From assembly GCF_001194135.2 (NCBI RefSeq), contig NC_068981.1, forward strand, positions 153,363,880 to 153,399,840: 35,961 nucleotides of DNA. The letters run 5' to 3'. The position numbers and the translations under genes were made by a program. This DNA comes from Octopus bimaculoides. Its lineage: Eukaryota. This document shows positions 33,457 through 35,961 of this stretch, one piece after another. The notes beneath the pieces were generated by a model. It was not told the DNA's origin. It saw nothing but the letters and a program-made list of their open reading frames with translations, and searched no databases. Position 1 is the first letter of the stretch. The number at the start of each line of letters is the position of its first letter.

Positions 33457-34378
33457 ATATATTCTATGTATACATATATATGTGTATGTGTGTGTGTGTT
33501 TGAGTGTGTGCGTGTGTGTGTACACGCATTCAAACATGTTTAATCGATCCTCCGTTCTAATAATGACTATGTGTGTTTGTGTACGTATGTCTGTGCGCAG
33601 GCGCTTGTGTTTTTGCTTACATGTGTGTGAAGTTTTGGTATGTGTGGTGTGTGTGTATATGCATAATAGCATGTTTTCTGTGCATATTCGCATTTGCTTG
33701 TGTATATATACTCATTTAATTATGGTTATGATATATGTATATAATACACTGTTTATCTATACTGACACACACACGCACACACACACGAAAACACGCAGAC
33801 ACACACACACGAAAACGCGCAGACACACACACAAATACACACACACATACACAGACACACGTATATATACAAACATATATACATATGTATCCCCTTTCGT
33901 TTCCTCTCTCTTCCTTTCTCTAATTCATTTTATCTCCCCTTCTCCCCCTTTCGTTTTTTCTCTCTCATCCTTTCGCTAATTCTTTTCCTCCCCCCTTCAC
34001 CGTTCTCTATCTGTCCCTCTCTCTTCATCACTCTTCCTCCTTTACTCTCTCATTGCTCACACGTGATCATCGGCCATCTTTCTTCTCCTAACCTGAGTTT
34101 CTTTCAGCTACAGAGATAAGACGCATTTTTGTCTATCTCCTATCAAAGCTTGTTCCTTCAGCTTTCGCCACCTCACCTCGTTATGGCTTAGCAGCCCTTA
34201 CTATTTGTTTTCACTGTCCTGTTTTTGTTACCAACGTAGACCCTCCGCAAATCCCAAATTTTATTTAATTTGGTTTGCGGGAGCAACTGTTTTGACGAAG
34301 GCGCATCTTGTCGTAATTGCTCGAAATGCAGAGTAGATAAAACAGCCGACAACTGATAAAGGGTCATTCTTTATGCTA

Positions 34379-34450
<72 letters not shown>

Positions 34451-34589
34451 CATTATAAGTTTACTGCTCAGATCTCTCAGTCTTACTTGCTCTGGTTGAT
34501 TCTGTAAGAGCGAATAGCAACCTGTTGTCAGCAAACTGCACATGGAGACAACATGATCGATGGTCTCATTTTGTTGTTGGCATATACGA

Positions 34590-34590
<1 letters not shown>

Positions 34591-34665
<75 letters not shown>
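34591..34665. repeat. (ATT)25 microsatellite, i.e. the (AAT)n at the Dong element 3' junction
   Basis: Directly visible. Confidence 0.95.
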
Positions 34666-34668
<3 letters not shown>

Positions 34669-35182
34669 TAGTTTTATTTTTATAGCGTGCTTTCACTTCA
34701 CTACTGAGCGCAGCTCTGTGTGCCTTGGATATGTGCTGTGGTTTGCTGTGATGATCTTATGGTTACTGTATTGAAAGTGTTTTGCCTAGGATGTGTGCAG
34801 TGCCCAGTAGTGCAATTTTCTGTATGTTATATATATTTGTAAGTCCTGGTGTTTTTGTTATGTATTTGAATATTTTTTTATCATACCTAAGGCGTCTACT
34901 ATGATAGGAATTGTTTCTGTTTTTAGATTCCACATTCGAGTTACTTCTATTTCCAGGTCTTTGTATTTTGAAAGTTTCTCCATTTCTTTTAAGGAAACGT
35001 TGTCATCTGCTGGTATTGATACATCAATTAGAAAGCATTTTTTTCTTCATGATCTCTGACAACTATATCTGGCCTGTTGGCCTTAATTTCTCTATCTGTG
35101 TGTATTGGCATATTCCAGAGTATGGTTGCTTTCTCGTTTTCTGTGACCTTTTCTGGCGTGTGCTTATGCCATCTTTTTTCTG
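34666..35182 (-). mobile_element. R4/Dong-type retrotransposon 3' end: RLE endonuclease domain, stop codon and ~97-nt 3' UTR
   Basis: Minus strand: WHKHTPEKVTENEKATILWNMPIHTDREIKANRPDIVVRDHEE.CFLIDVSIPADDNVSLKEMEKLSKYKDLEIEVTRMWNLKTETIPIIVDALGMIK...IQKIALLGTAHILGKTLSIQ* (stop at 34763-34765; PD...D.x.K RLE motif intact). Only slippage frameshifts in poly-T runs. Confidence 0.9.
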
Positions 35183-35199
35183 TTGATGATGATGATGAT

Positions 35200-35684
35200 T
35201 TCATTTATTTGCCATAAGTGCGAAGGATAAGGGGGACAATACAAAGACAAAGTGTGGGGGTTTACATATAACGAAATGATAGAAAAAAAGAAGGTAAGTT
35301 TACACAGTATACAATGGAAAGGAAAGGGCATCTAAATATTATACAAAGGTTTCAAAAAAAGTAGGGATGATAAAGGTATAGCTCTCCTGATACAGGATGA
35401 ACTCTAGGGATAATCGAGGAACCCCACTGTCTAAGATTTCCCTGAATATCAAGAGCAAGTGCCCTCTCCAATTCCTTCTCTCCGACTCACAGGTCTACTC
35501 TTAAAGAGGTACCATCCACTCTTGGCATTTTCGCAACTTTCATCCAGCTTTCAATAAACTCACTCGAAGACAGCACTTCCCTCTCCACTCACAGTTTTCT
35601 TTTCAAGTGAAACTTGAAGAAGTCAATGAGAGCTCTATCAAAGAGAATGTGTCTGTCCTCATGCCTTTCAGCCTTGTCCATCAA
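35200..35684 (-). mobile_element. 5'-truncated L1/Tx1-like retrotransposon 3' end with AATAAA
   Basis: Minus strand WTRLKGMRTDTFS / LIDFFKFHLKRKL*VEREVLSSSEFIESWMKVAKMPRVDGTSLRVDL* (stop at 35487-35489), a ~285-nt UTR, and AATAAA at about 35204-35209 running into (ATC)n. The clade call rests on the recalled C-terminal pattern. Confidence 0.55.
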
Positions 35685-35761
<77 letters not shown>

Positions 35762-35762
<1 letters not shown>

Positions 35763-35880
35763 TGGCCCAAAAGGGTGAAATGCAAATTTGATCTCAGCAG
35801 CATTTGAACTGGGAAGTTAAAGTGCCAGAGGAAAACAAAACTGAAAGGCAATTTTTCCAGAGATGTAACAATTCTGCCAT
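35762..35880 (-). mobile_element. SINE family A, diverged 5' half ending in (ATT)n 35685-35762
   Basis: Reverse complement atggcagaattgttac...cccagttcaaatgctgctgagatcaaatttgcatttcaccctttt. Confidence 0.6.
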
Positions 35881-35961
35881 ATAGTAACGATAGCAACAAC
35901 TCACACACACACACATACACACACACACACATATATATCCTTACATACGTATATATATATA

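Overview
This is AT-rich eukaryotic (metazoan) DNA, not prokaryotic. It contains nine assembly gaps (N-runs at 6037-6764, 7312-7359, 11147-11959, 13151-13160, 15178-15473, 21059-21426, 25245-25663, 29124-29464, 31539-31860) and a very high load of di-, tri- and tetranucleotide microsatellites. Composition and repeat content resemble a coleoid cephalopod (octopus-like) short-read assembly; that is my inference, not a search result. I find no intact protein-coding gene, and nearly all supplied ORFs are microsatellite, N-run or antisense-TE artefacts. The window is a graveyard of mobile elements: (i) R4/Dong-type RLE non-LTR retrotransposon fragments (1600-2740, 8244-9042, 14548-14690, 34666-35182); (ii) Penelope-like elements (518-1320, 16030-17850, 23773-25092) and several Penelope-type termini with hammerhead-ribozyme-like cores, the best at 23533-23653; (iii) RTE-clade LINE fragments (19938-20092, 29520-30800); (iv) two related L1/Tx1-like 3' ends (31435-31907, 35200-35684); (v) three tRNA-derived SINE families (about 20 copies or fragments); (vi) hAT MITEs, one with a perfect 8-bp TSD, plus an unexplained 194-bp foldback. 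One unique, CpG-richer segment (13600-13950) looks like a promoter (RFX X-box-like motif, two CCAAT boxes) with a possible ATG-only first exon on the minus strand. The most interesting patterns are: retroelements stacked inside microsatellites with family-specific strand polarity; a hammerhead with a 92-nt stem II insert; and Tx1-like elements ending in (TATC)n and (ATC)n. I see no evidence for a novel protein-coding system such as CRISPR, Fanzor or a defence operon. All family assignments come from motif recognition by eye and need alignment checks.
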